DNA of 64,000 nucleotides from Gammaproteobacteria bacterium (GTDB lineage Bacteria; Pseudomonadota; Gammaproteobacteria; UBA4575): assembly GCA_965221955.1 (NCBI GenBank), contig CBDCTA010000028.1, forward strand, positions 32,001 to 96,000, given 5' to 3'. Under the pieces are notes generated by a model that saw only the letters and a program-made list of their open reading frames with translations, had not been told where the DNA came from and searched no databases. This document shows, piece after piece, positions 52,431 through 62,396 of the stretch. The number at the start of each line of letters is the position of its first letter. Position 1 is the stretch's first letter. A program made the position numbers and the translations under genes.

Positions 52431-53634
52431 GCTTACGCTGTATACTTTGGTCTAAAAGATTGCGTAACTGTGACTTGCCCAATTCATCCGAAGAAAAATG
52501 CTTTAATAAAGCACTACTGCCTTTCTTCTGCAGCTCATCTAAACTTGGCCCTACAAAACAACAATGCGATTGACTGGTTTCATAGATTTGTAATTCCGTT
52601 AAACCAGGAAGATATTCAATAAGCCTCTCCCAAATAAAAATGCTTAATAGTTCTGTACTAGAGCGCCAAGATAGCTCAGCAGATACATAGTTAAGATTAT
52701 GATGGTCTAGTTGCTCAATAATTTTTTCCTTCGCAATGCGTTTTAAATATCCATAATCCAGCACAAACCCAGTCAAAGGATCAATTTGATCTTTGACTTT
52801 CACGTTCATAGTGTATCTACCACCATGAAGATTTACACATTTATCTGGATGATCCGTTATAAAGTGCGCTGAATCAAATACTAGCTCTTTGGACACGAGT
52901 GCTTGTTCGTATTGCCCAAAAAACCGCTCTGATGCACTAGGAATATCTTTTAAGTACTCATCCAAAAGCACTAACAAACGCGTTGTGTCTTCTAATGTCT
53001 CGCAACGCATTAACTGTCCAGTCTGATGCTCGGATGCTAACAGTGCTTTTAAACGAACTTGATGATTGCTTGCCAATTCTTTCTCAATGCGTTCAGCGTC
53101 CTCTTTATTTGGGAAGTCAATAAACAAATAAGCTGAGTGTAATTCACCTACATGCGCAATCAATACGGCTAATTGTTGTAAAAACGATGTGCTCGAGCTC
53201 GATATAATCCTGGGAGGAAGAAATACGGTTGGAATTTTTAGAGTATTTCTAGCTATCACTCGATGACTATCATTCTCATAAAAGTATTCTTGTTTGAATT
53301 GAAAACCCATCGATTGCAATACATTTTGGTACCACAATAATTGTTCTAATCTACGAACACCTAAAGCAATATAGGTAAAATCACCTTCTTGTTGAATCGC
53401 ATCCGCCATATATAAGCCATTCAATAAGTCTTGTGCTTGTGAACTAGGGGGTAAGCTTGGCTTAGCATATGCTGCAACATCATCTTGCTGATTAATTTGA
53501 TCAGAATTTAAAAGCAAGTCTAACGGCATATGATGACGTAAGGCATACTCTTGCAAGGTTAAACCACAACAAGCATATAAATGCTCATTGCTAATTTGGT
53601 TACCAAGCTCTTTGCCGCATTCCCTACATTGCAT
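52414..53634 (-). CDS. QueD/PTPS-domain fusion protein with long N-terminal extension
   Basis: C-terminal FDSAH..KCVNLHGGRY..LDYG..LDH..LN..STE..ET; N-terminal CxxC...H. Confidence 0.75.
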   Translation of the reverse strand: MQCRECGKELGNQISNEHLYACCGLTLQEYALRHHMPLDLLLNSDQINQQDDVAAYAKPSLPPSSQAQDLLNGLYMADAIQQEGDFTYIALGVRRLEQLLWYQNVLQSMGFQFKQEYFYENDSHRVIARNTLKIPTVFLPPRIISSSSTSFLQQLAVLIAHVGELHSAYLFIDFPNKEDAERIEKELASNHQVRLKALLASEHQTGQLMRCETLEDTTRLLVLLDEYLKDIPSASERFFGQYEQALVSKELVFDSAHFITDHPDKCVNLHGGRYTMNVKVKDQIDPLTGFVLDYGYLKRIAKEKIIEQLDHHNLNYVSAELSWRSSTELLSIFIWERLIEYLPGLTELQIYETSQSHCCFVGPSLDELQKKGSSALLKHFSSDELGKSQLRNLLDQSIQRKLKVIG

Positions 53635-53688
53635 GTTGCTATTACATCCAGGTTAGATCTTGTACATTATAGAGAAAAACACACGTGC

Positions 53689-53720
53689 AAAAAAATGCCC
53701 CGAACATATGTCGGGGCATT
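53689..53720 (-). terminator. terminator after fae
   Basis: AATGCCCCGA..TCGGGGCATT with T tract on minus strand. Confidence 0.8.
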
Positions 53721-53745
53721 CTTATACTTTGCTTTAAAAAGTAGC

Positions 53746-54273
53746 TTAGAAACCTTTGAATGGGTGCTCTGCGCTGTCTTTTTGTGCAACAACAGTTGAA
53801 GCTTTTGGCTCGTCCTTAACAGCACGCTCTAATGCTTCTTTAGTTGCTTTGTAGTTATTTTCATAGATAGCTTCGTTGCTCTTGGCTTCCCAGTGAATGA
53901 AAACACCAACACAAACGTATACATCATCCGCTTCATCAGCTGGAATGGTGCCATCTTCAACACTATCCGCAACCGCTTTAGCAACCGCTGCTTGAGCTGG
54001 ACCAAACATTTGAACCGCTTGCTCAGCACCTTTGATGGTCACTTTATTGAACATCATAGTGTTAGGCTTACAAGGTAGATTTGGTGCAATTACAGCTAAT
54101 AAAGTTGAAAAGCCATCCTTGTTGTTCACCAAGCCATTACAAAAAGCAGTTTCAACAGCAGAACCACGAGGACCAACTAGTAAGTCGATATGCGCAATTT
54201 CTGCCATAGTGCCGGAAGGATCGTTATCATTAACGAGTGACTCTCCGACCATTACTTTATTAATTAATGCCAT
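53746..54273 (-). CDS. fae: formaldehyde-activating enzyme
   Basis: [31 protein letters not shown]. Confidence 0.95.
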   Translation of the reverse strand: MALINKVMVGESLVNDNDPSGTMAEIAHIDLLVGPRGSAVETAFCNGLVNNKDGFSTLLAVIAPNLPCKPNTMMFNKVTIKGAEQAVQMFGPAQAAVAKAVADSVEDGTIPADEADDVYVCVGVFIHWEAKSNEAIYENNYKATKEALERAVKDEPKASTVVAQKDSAEHPFKGF

Positions 54274-54408
54274 TATTATTCTCCTAAATTATATTTCTAA
54301 TTTGTCGACAAACTACAAGCTCGGCATCAAATGCTTCACTTGCAAATCCACCTTGGAAAACCGTAGACAACGTCTGGGGCCTACTGCTGTTTCACTTCTA
54401 GTCCAAGC

Positions 54409-55245
54409 TTAACTTAGACCAGCTGCGAAAATGCTAGCTGCAGTGAGATCCGCTGTGGTTCCCGGGTTGATTAGGTCATACTTGAGTTGGCGGTCAATTT
54501 CTAATAATTGTGCCTCGTACCTACCCGGTGAGTCCGAACGGCAGAGCTCCATCTCAAGATCGGAGATCATATCACTAATTTCTCTAGCTTTTAACTGCCC
54601 ATACTTGCGTTCAATTAAACTATCTGGGTAATGAGCCAAAAAGGCTAAAAACAAACCAGTAACTGCCCATTTTTCTTCTTCCCACTTGGCAAGCAGATTT
54701 CGATAGCGGCCTATTCCAAAACTGAAAATATCTTCAAAATTGGTCGCATATTGAGCAGCAATTAGATCCCTATCTGCAGCAATTTCCATTGTATTTAAAA
54801 GAGTTACGTTAGGTTCTTCAGATATATCTTGATTATCTTGCTCCCCCATTCCGCCCGGATTCGCCAATCGAATGGCGCTGTAAACATCATGCGCATCCTG
54901 AACCGAAGTTAGTTGCAAAACTTCCTGCAGACTTTGTTGAATTTTAGTTACATCTTTTGCTGCATATCTAGCATGAATGAGTGGTGCGATTAGTAATACC
55001 ATGCCTAAATTAGTATTCGTGTTTACCGCTTCTTGAGTCGCCTCTACAGCCTGCAAAATACGCTTTCCGAGTGTGATATTAGGCTGCGTAATCGGAGCTG
55101 CACTGACCTCAGCGCTGTTCAAAAAATCATCAACACGGAGGTCTTTCGCTTCTGAATATACACTGATGTTTCCAGGCTTGAGTGACTGAACATCTAAATT
55201 GCATACATGAAGATACAAAATAGTCAGTTCTTCCTGAAGAGTCAT
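54409..55245 (-). CDS. CitG-like triphosphoribosyl-dephospho-CoA synthase family (Orf7)
   Basis: KPGNI, NTNLG, DSLIERKYG, NPGTTAD. Confidence 0.85.
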   Translation of the reverse strand: MTLQEELTILYLHVCNLDVQSLKPGNISVYSEAKDLRVDDFLNSAEVSAAPITQPNITLGKRILQAVEATQEAVNTNTNLGMVLLIAPLIHARYAAKDVTKIQQSLQEVLQLTSVQDAHDVYSAIRLANPGGMGEQDNQDISEEPNVTLLNTMEIAADRDLIAAQYATNFEDIFSFGIGRYRNLLAKWEEEKWAVTGLFLAFLAHYPDSLIERKYGQLKAREISDMISDLEMELCRSDSPGRYEAQLLEIDRQLKYDLINPGTTADLTAASIFAAGLS

Positions 55246-55300
55246 AGTATTCGTTTGAATTTTCGAGTTGCGCCAAAAATCATTGAAAAAACTTATTCAA

Positions 55301-56533
55301 CTAGTTTTGAGAAAAAGCTAACACTTTCTTGATGGTAAGTCCTTGCACAAGAATTGAGAAAACTACAACAAAGTAAGTAATCACCAGCAAAGGTTCCCTT
55401 GCAGGCACAGCAGGGATAGAAAGTGCTAAAGCCACTGAAATGCCACCACGCAGCCCACCCCAAGTCAGAATAGTCACTGCATAAGGACTGAAAGTTCTAA
55501 ATTTTTTCATAATTTGTACAGGAATACCCACACAAATCCACCTGGATAACAAAACGATAGGAATAGCAACCAAGCCCGCTATCATAAATTGATTGGTAAA
55601 CGTTAAGATTAATAACTCCACACCAATTAATAAAAATAAGATCGCATTTAGAATCTCATCAATGAGCTCCCAAAAATCATCTAAGCGCTCACGTGTATTA
55701 TCTGACATCGCCAAAGTTCGGCCTTGGTTCCCAATGAATAAACCCGCGACTACAATGGCAATCGGTGCAGAGATGTGAATTGACTCCGCAAACGTATAAC
55801 CACCCGAAACTAATGCCAAGGTGATTAATGCTTCAACTTGATAATTATCAACCCCACGGAGCATGAAAAAACCTAGCAAACCTAACCCCAGACCAAAAAA
55901 CACGCCTCCCAATGCTTCAACAGCAAACAAATTAATTACATGCAACGCAGTCACCTCATCACCACCGGTTGCAATGCCTAATAGCACTAAGAAAACCACA
56001 ACGCCTACACCGTCATTAAACAATGATTCACCAGCAATTTTTGTCTCCAGCGTTTTTGGCGCACCTACTATTTTTAAAATACCCATCACTGCAATAGGAT
56101 CAGTTGGTGAAATTAATGCACCAAACACCAAACAATAAATATACGCAACCGGTATTCCTAACCATTGCATCACGTAATACATGATCGTTCCTATAATAAA
56201 AGTAGAACTAATCACACCCACTGTAGCGAGCGTTCCTATCACCCATTTTTGCTCGCGTAGATCATTTAAATTTACATGTAATGCACCCGCAAAAAGTAAA
56301 AAGCTTAACATTCCATGCAAAAGCGCTTCATTAAAATCAATACTTTTAACCAGCGCTGTCGCTTGTTCATCGAGTGAAATTCCAAATTCACCAAACAAAA
56401 TCAACGCAAGAGAAAACAACAAACTCAACAACATAATGCCAATAGTTGTTGGCAGTTTTATATATTTATAATTGATATATGCGAAGACTGCAGCTAAGCA
56501 GAGCAATAATGATACAATTTCAAATAAACTCAA
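55301..56533 (-). CDS. CPA1 Na+/H+ antiporter (NhaP-like)
   Basis: SPTDP, GESLFND, GGLRG; probable TTG start overlapping the orf5 TGA. Confidence 0.88.
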   Translation of the reverse strand: MSLFEIVSLLLCLAAVFAYINYKYIKLPTTIGIMLLSLLFSLALILFGEFGISLDEQATALVKSIDFNEALLHGMLSFLLFAGALHVNLNDLREQKWVIGTLATVGVISSTFIIGTIMYYVMQWLGIPVAYIYCLVFGALISPTDPIAVMGILKIVGAPKTLETKIAGESLFNDGVGVVVFLVLLGIATGGDEVTALHVINLFAVEALGGVFFGLGLGLLGFFMLRGVDNYQVEALITLALVSGGYTFAESIHISAPIAIVVAGLFIGNQGRTLAMSDNTRERLDDFWELIDEILNAILFLLIGVELLILTFTNQFMIAGLVAIPIVLLSRWICVGIPVQIMKKFRTFSPYAVTILTWGGLRGGISVALALSIPAVPAREPLLVITYFVVVFSILVQGLTIKKVLAFSQN

Positions 56534-57462
56534 CTTGCTACCGTTATTTTGGTTTGTTCTTGCATACAAGAAATAAAGTTATCGACAAGTTGATCAGCCA
56601 CAACGAGATTATTCACACTCTGCAAACCTTTCCAAGCTGGAATACTATTTACCTCAGTCACCCATAGTTTACCTTCTACGTCCTGCATAAGATCTACTCC
56701 AGCATAAAACATATTTACTGCTTGCACCGCATCTTTAGCAATCTTAGTAAACTGGTCATTTACAACTGCTGAAAAGCATTTCCCACCATTGGCTACATTA
56801 CTAATCCAATCAACCCCTTCTCTTTTCATTGCAGCCACCACTTGGTCGCCTATTACAAATACTCTCCAATCAAAAGCGTTTTCTTGCTCGGTTTGCCTGC
56901 TTGTTTGAATGAATCGTTGTAAATAATAAATCTTGTTATAAACCGTAAAATTCGTAATATCTTCCGCTTGACTAATCAGTTGCAGATTTTTGCCTTGTGA
57001 CCCAAATAAAGGCTTCGCGACCACTTTATTCCCCATTGCAAGCTCACGACGCACAAATGAGTAAGCTTGATGTACATCATTTCCAACCCATGTAGGTGGT
57101 GTAGCGATGCCTGCATGGTCCAACAAAAAACTTGTCATCCCTTTATCAACACTGCGCTCAATCGCTCTCACATTGTTGTAAACAAGAATTTTTAACTCCT
57201 GTAATGCATGCAATACATCAAGATAAAAAACAACCTCTTCTAACGTACCACCGGGAACACCACGCACAAATACACCATCCGGCAAGGCATCTTCAAAACC
57301 CGGAATGTGTAAGCTTTTATTTTTGCCTTCGCTATTGCTAAATTGAAAGTAACAATCCGTTAATGAAACATTTGTACACTTGTACCCCTTACGTTCAAAT
57401 GCTTCATGCAATTCTTTGCCATGCCAACCGGGGTCGTCGGTAATGATCGCTATATGACTCAT
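56530..57462 (-). CDS. RimK-like ATP-grasp ligase (Orf5)
   Basis: Start moved to MSHIAIITDDPGWHG; KPLFGSQG, EVNSIPAW. Confidence 0.87.
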   Translation of the reverse strand: MSHIAIITDDPGWHGKELHEAFERKGYKCTNVSLTDCYFQFSNSEGKNKSLHIPGFEDALPDGVFVRGVPGGTLEEVVFYLDVLHALQELKILVYNNVRAIERSVDKGMTSFLLDHAGIATPPTWVGNDVHQAYSFVRRELAMGNKVVAKPLFGSQGKNLQLISQAEDITNFTVYNKIYYLQRFIQTSRQTEQENAFDWRVFVIGDQVVAAMKREGVDWISNVANGGKCFSAVVNDQFTKIAKDAVQAVNMFYAGVDLMQDVEGKLWVTEVNSIPAWKGLQSVNNLVVADQLVDNFISCMQEQTKITVAS

Positions 57463-57475
57463 AATTCTAAATAAA

Positions 57476-57655
57476 AGAAGTTCTGATTTATTAGTGAAGC
57501 GCTGGCCAGTTTTTGCTCCTGCAAAACTGGCATACAATACTTCCATGCATATAACGCTAGGCAAAAAATGTCGAGGAGAACGATGTGTATTAATTTATAC
57601 ATGGGTGATTCCGAGATCATTTTTTAACAACGCATCTGAATAAATCATAGCTTCT
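57476..57655. mobile_element. MITE-like element with nested hairpin
   Basis: 17-bp TIRs (15/17); homologous to 20096-20213; extra GCCAGTTTTTGC-TCCT-GCAAAACTGGC at 57505-57531. Confidence 0.65.
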
Positions 57656-57658
57656 TGT

Positions 57659-58603
57659 TTATGAGAATGATTTGTTTAGCAACGCAGGATCTAACTCCCC
57701 ACCACGGAAAGTATTACCACTTTCCACAGCAGTCACCATGACAGAAGCAGGACTAAACAGCATCGGGTCTACTTTAAAAAAGTCATACTCATAATCTTTA
57801 AAAATTTGCGCAAAAGGCTTTCCATAATCCCGTGAAGAACTAGAAGGTAACTCATTAGCAAGCTTTTCGGCTGCAACATCATCTCCTTTCACAAACAACT
57901 GCACCCTACCCGCAAACAAAATAGCATCATTAGTACGTCCCATGGCCTTCACAAAATCTGGAATCGGCGGAGATAAAGGTGCACTTGCTGAACCATCCAG
58001 TACATGATCAAGTGGAAAATGTAATTCATGTGTTTTATGCATTGCCACTTCTAGTACACGCGCCACTACTTGCATACAGCCTGCGATTGAACTCGTCGGC
58101 GTTAAAATAAAAGTAATTGCGCTAGGCTCTAATTTACAAGTTTCAGCCACTTTATCCACCAGCTCTATGGGCGGCAACTGATCGACTTCCAATACAAACA
58201 CCGCACTATCACAGCTATCTTTATAGCCTAACTCTTCAAATAACGGCTCTTTTAATGCTATAGCACGCCCAGGACCTGAACCTAAAGCATGAAACTTTTC
58301 ATGCGACAAACTCCAACCAGCATACTGACTCGCCAAGCAAGCTAAAACAGGATGCGATGTATGCACATGCAAAGAGAGCGGCCATTCATCCACTGCAGAG
58401 GCATGATATAGATTGACCGTACCTAAACCTCCCATGCAGATCTCGCCAATTATTCTTCCGGCTTCTAAACCACCAACACAATCGATTCCAGCGTCAATAT
58501 AATTCGCTCCGTTAGAAAACGTGCCTACTTTTATACGCAAAGCTTCACTTTTAGTAACTAGCTCTTGCACTAATGGTTTGGCTAGTTCATTTACACTGAT
58601 CAT
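57659..58603 (-). CDS. mch: methenyltetrahydromethanopterin cyclohydrolase
   Basis: [33 protein letters not shown]. Confidence 0.95.
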   Translation of the reverse strand: MISVNELAKPLVQELVTKSEALRIKVGTFSNGANYIDAGIDCVGGLEAGRIIGEICMGGLGTVNLYHASAVDEWPLSLHVHTSHPVLACLASQYAGWSLSHEKFHALGSGPGRAIALKEPLFEELGYKDSCDSAVFVLEVDQLPPIELVDKVAETCKLEPSAITFILTPTSSIAGCMQVVARVLEVAMHKTHELHFPLDHVLDGSASAPLSPPIPDFVKAMGRTNDAILFAGRVQLFVKGDDVAAEKLANELPSSSSRDYGKPFAQIFKDYEYDFFKVDPMLFSPASVMVTAVESGNTFRGGELDPALLNKSFS

Positions 58604-58625
58604 CTGGACTCCCTTTTAAAATTTT

Positions 58626-59735
58626 TTATTGAATTAATTTACTAATAATAGATTGCTTACGTGTTTTTATCATCTCACTCACTTGAGCACTATTCTTAGC
58701 GCCCGCAAAAACACTACATATTGGTTCGTATTGCAGAATCTGCTCACCATCGTGTGGGCGATCTGCTGTCCAAAGCGGCCATGACATGCTTTCTGGAATC
58801 TGTACGTCGTGTGGCGCATAGACAATTGCGTGTGCGCGCAACATAACTGGCCTTTTTTCTATGGGTAATGCTCGGCTTTTACAAACCTCGATATGCTCAC
58901 CCAGTAACTCACCGGACTTAGTTTCATAGAGTTCATAGGTAGCAGGAATTCGCGGGTTTATTTCCAATACATTGATCGAGTGACCATTGAAAATAAAATC
59001 GATACTGTTTAGGCCAATGAGCTTGAACTCTTTCGTTATAGTTTCTGTGTAATGCTGTGCAGATGCTAATACATCATTATTTAATTTTACTTGATTAATT
59101 GCACCCGCATAAACATATGGCATATTCTCGTTTAATGCTTCAGCCCAAAGTGTGTTAAAACCCAAAACAACTATTTCATTTGCATTAGCAAGAAAAGTTA
59201 CAGAAAAAGTTATACCCGATATTTTTTTCTGCAAATAGCAGCTTGCAAACGAATCACCTTTTTCCAAAAACGGGCTTACACCCACCCCACCGGTAGTGCT
59301 CTGCTCTTTTGCTAACCAAGTGTCACGATCAGAAACTGTGTCTTCAAAACTTACCTCAGGATAAGGAATAGAATGTTGATCTAGTTTTGTAAAAAATGTA
59401 GCCGGACTTTTACAATCATTCAAAGTTTGCCATGAGTTTCCATACACCGGTTCAATATTAAGCTTCTTTAATAAGTCAAAATTGGTTTCAATGGCAGCAT
59501 CGTAAAACAAACCATCATAGGAATATTCATTTGGCAATTCACTAATAGCTTGTAAAACTTCCGTTTCATCTAAACCATGGCGTGTACGTTTTACTTTTAT
59601 ACATACTTTAGTTGCTGCTAAAGTATCCAGGTCAGCAAACCCATCAATTACCGCACAGGAATGTCCAAGCGCCTTTAACCCCTGTGCGATTGCACGACCC
59701 GAAGTAGCAATTACGAGAAAAATAGACTTATAAAT
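58626..59735 (-). CDS. ATP-grasp protein OrfY (frame open to 59738; probable ATT start)
   Basis: In-frame upstream FLVIATSGRAIAQG..IDGFADLDT; LEINPR. Confidence 0.75.
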   Translation of the reverse strand: MYKSIFLVIATSGRAIAQGLKALGHSCAVIDGFADLDTLAATKVCIKVKRTRHGLDETEVLQAISELPNEYSYDGLFYDAAIETNFDLLKKLNIEPVYGNSWQTLNDCKSPATFFTKLDQHSIPYPEVSFEDTVSDRDTWLAKEQSTTGGVGVSPFLEKGDSFASCYLQKKISGITFSVTFLANANEIVVLGFNTLWAEALNENMPYVYAGAINQVKLNNDVLASAQHYTETITKEFKLIGLNSIDFIFNGHSINVLEINPRIPATYELYETKSGELLGEHIEVCKSRALPIEKRPVMLRAHAIVYAPHDVQIPESMSWPLWTADRPHDGEQILQYEPICSVFAGAKNSAQVSEMIKTRKQSIISKLIQ

Positions 59736-59773
59736 ACTCTAATTGATCTTAATAATTGCAAAACACGCAACTT

Positions 59774-60670
59774 CTATTCGTTAACGACTTCTCTGGCAAT
59801 TTCAAATGCGCGCTCAAAGTGAAGATAGATAGGCTCATCTCGGTCATGCATTTCTTGCAGCATTCTATGCTGAGTTTGGTATTTCACATTTCCAATCGCT
59901 AATGCACCAATACCAAAAGCATTTTTAGAATCTTTAATCGGCTCGCATGCACCCATTAGATCTAAACCATAAATACCAGAAGGTGGAACCGCATTTACAT
60001 CTGCGGCCACTTTTAAGTTATCTGCAACTTTAATATGCTCTTCAGTAATTACTTGAATACCAGCTGCTGCACAAGCAAGTACTACATCTGCCATCTGCAC
60101 AATGCCATCAATCATGTCATTCGCTTCACCTTTAATTCCCGTAAGGTCTGCACCATACTCTGTACACATTGCCGCAACGCGCTGTGACTTATCTTTTTTA
60201 CGTCCGAGAATACTTACTTCTGCGCCAGCTTTTGCTGCTAACACCGCAGCAGTAGAACCCACAGGCCCGGTACCACCCATCACGATGACCGTTTTGTCTT
60301 TTAAATCCGTATCGTGTTTCTCTTTAAGTGCATGCTCAACACTAGCAACCATACCTGCAGCGGTAGTGAATGCACCACTAGGATCAGCAAAACAAGAAAC
60401 TTGGAATGGAGGCACCATAGACTCTTGAACAATCTCCATCATGTCCATCGCCATATGCATATCACGACCTCCTAAGAATAAACCAGATCGTTTAGCTCCT
60501 GAGGGTCCACGTGAAAAGATAGCATCCTGCACTAATGCCTGTACTTCATCTTTTTCCACGTTTGTATAACCAATTGCATTATCCCAGCCCGCATCGAGCG
60601 CCATATTCACATCGAATGGGCTCAAATTTTTTGCAGGGGTAATCATATGAAGGATGTATGGCTTTTCCAT
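59774..60670 (-). CDS. mtdB: NAD(P)-dependent methylene-H4MPT dehydrogenase
   Basis: SPFDVNMALDAG, QDAIFSR, DPSGAFTTAA, DVNAVPP. Confidence 0.9.
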   Translation of the reverse strand: MEKPYILHMITPAKNLSPFDVNMALDAGWDNAIGYTNVEKDEVQALVQDAIFSRGPSGAKRSGLFLGGRDMHMAMDMMEIVQESMVPPFQVSCFADPSGAFTTAAGMVASVEHALKEKHDTDLKDKTVIVMGGTGPVGSTAAVLAAKAGAEVSILGRKKDKSQRVAAMCTEYGADLTGIKGEANDMIDGIVQMADVVLACAAAGIQVITEEHIKVADNLKVAADVNAVPPSGIYGLDLMGACEPIKDSKNAFGIGALAIGNVKYQTQHRMLQEMHDRDEPIYLHFERAFEIAREVVNE

Positions 60671-60774
60671 TTTTCTCTCTCTACTTGAAAATTTTAATTA
60701 ATAAAAATTATTTAATACCTTACCGACGCATAGCATAAGTATGCATATGCATCATAATTCTTCGTTTGAATGGT

Positions 60775-61779
60775 TTAGGATCTACGAGTTTTGGAAAAAG
60801 AAGTAGAAGCGTCTTGCTCGAACTCCTTTTCTAATATCAGTGCCCCAGTATTTCTTCCTGAAACAATCTTAAAATTAAGATCTTTATTATTTTCAAACTT
60901 AGATTGTAATTTTCGCAACATGCTATGAGCTTGAGTCTCACTATCTACAAATGCAAACCCTGTTGGGCCCCAGGAGCTTTGACCAACACCCTTTACACCC
61001 AATGATTCCAGATACGCATTTGCCGCTGCTACGGACGGGCTAGTATACCGTCCTCCTTGAGCAGACGCGAAATATTCGCCAATACATCTTTGTAATTCAT
61101 ATATACCCTGATTAAATACATCAATATTCTGCTCGCTTAAGGCAGGAAGAATCTGCATCAGCACCAAACGGCATAAATCTGCTGCAGTTTGTGCCGAGAA
61201 CCCAGGCAAGGCTGCAAAGGATGCAGCTTCATCTTGACCATGAAGCCCACGCTGTGCCCTATCAAAAATCAAAATCACGCGCCAATTGGATGGAAATGCG
61301 ATTCGCGAAATGATTGGCGGCACATTACTGTCGGAATTCCGACCCGCATCCACTAAAAATCCACCACGATCAAACGCCCCAATTCCAATTCCTGACCTTG
61401 CGCCACGATGTAAGAGCACCGCAATTTCAGCACTGGTGCAATCTAATTGATAAAGCTTTGAAATAGCCGTGCCAACTGCAATCGCCAATTGTGTACCCGA
61501 ACCTAAGCCCGAATGATCCAAGATTTGCTCAACCACTTGGATTTCGCAAGCACCTGCCAAACCTTTATAGGTAATAAATTGCTCTGCATACTTTTGAATA
61601 CGACCAGAAGGATCTCCAACCACGTTTAGTTGCTCAGAAGGTCGTGCAATAATTTTTGTTGCGATTTCATCAAGCGTTAGCCCTACACTGCCAAACCGTC
61701 TACCCAGCCCTCCTTCTAAGTCCAAAAAACCAAGGTGTAATCGCGCCGGCGCTTCTATATATACGGGTGAAGAATCCAT
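60775..61779 (-). CDS. mptG: beta-ribofuranosylaminobenzene 5'-phosphate synthase
   Basis: ARLHLGFLD, HSGLGSGTQ, RSGIG, GQSSWGPT. Confidence 0.92.
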   Translation of the reverse strand: MDSSPVYIEAPARLHLGFLDLEGGLGRRFGSVGLTLDEIATKIIARPSEQLNVVGDPSGRIQKYAEQFITYKGLAGACEIQVVEQILDHSGLGSGTQLAIAVGTAISKLYQLDCTSAEIAVLLHRGARSGIGIGAFDRGGFLVDAGRNSDSNVPPIISRIAFPSNWRVILIFDRAQRGLHGQDEAASFAALPGFSAQTAADLCRLVLMQILPALSEQNIDVFNQGIYELQRCIGEYFASAQGGRYTSPSVAAANAYLESLGVKGVGQSSWGPTGFAFVDSETQAHSMLRKLQSKFENNKDLNFKIVSGRNTGALILEKEFEQDASTSFSKTRRS

Positions 61780-61848
61780 AACTGAATTCTATTCGATTCT
61801 GAGCAAAAAAGGACTAGCTATTTAATCTGAACCAAAACCTGGATACAT

Positions 61849-61887
61849 AAAAAAAACAGGCGCAATCGATAGATTAACGCCTGTTTT
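61849..61887. terminator. Rho-independent terminator
   Basis: AAAACAGGCG...CGCCTGTTTT. Confidence 0.7.
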
Positions 61888-61922
61888 GACAGATTACTTA
61901 CCAGATAAGCATTTAAAATCGA

Positions 61923-62267
61923 TCAGTAAGGACAGTAATTGCGGTCACCACGATAGTACCCTCTGTTTTTATAGCGGTAATTATTTCCATAATACTTATT
62001 ACGATAATATTTCTTACCGTAGTAATGCTCACCATAACCTAAGCGGTGTTTATAGTTATATCGCGACTTATTGTAATATCGATGTTTAACAGACTGATCG
62101 TAGTGGTTGTAATATTTTTTGTGGCTCTTGTAGTAATGCTTACCATCACCATAGCCACCGATAATTATTTTAACGTCACCTGCCTGAACTTGAAATGAGA
62201 GCAACAAAAAGATAAAAACAAAAAGCGAAGCAAACAGAAACTTATACTTATAGACAGATTTATTCAT
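61923..62267 (-). CDS. secreted Tyr/Lys/Arg/His-rich low-complexity protein
   Basis: Signal peptide (VQA-G); RBS GGAGGAG upstream. Confidence 0.75.
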   Translation of the reverse strand: MNKSVYKYKFLFASLFVFIFLLLSFQVQAGDVKIIIGGYGDGKHYYKSHKKYYNHYDQSVKHRYYNKSRYNYKHRLGYGEHYYGKKYYRNKYYGNNYRYKNRGYYRGDRNYCPY

Positions 62268-62396
62268 AGTCTCCTCCAGAACCGAGTTTTCTGTGTACTA
62301 TGACCTTTTGTCAGTTGGAATGGTTGCATAAAAAATACAATAAGGTAGTTGGATAAGCGCACTTAATTACTGTCAATAACAGCGCCTTATAAATAT

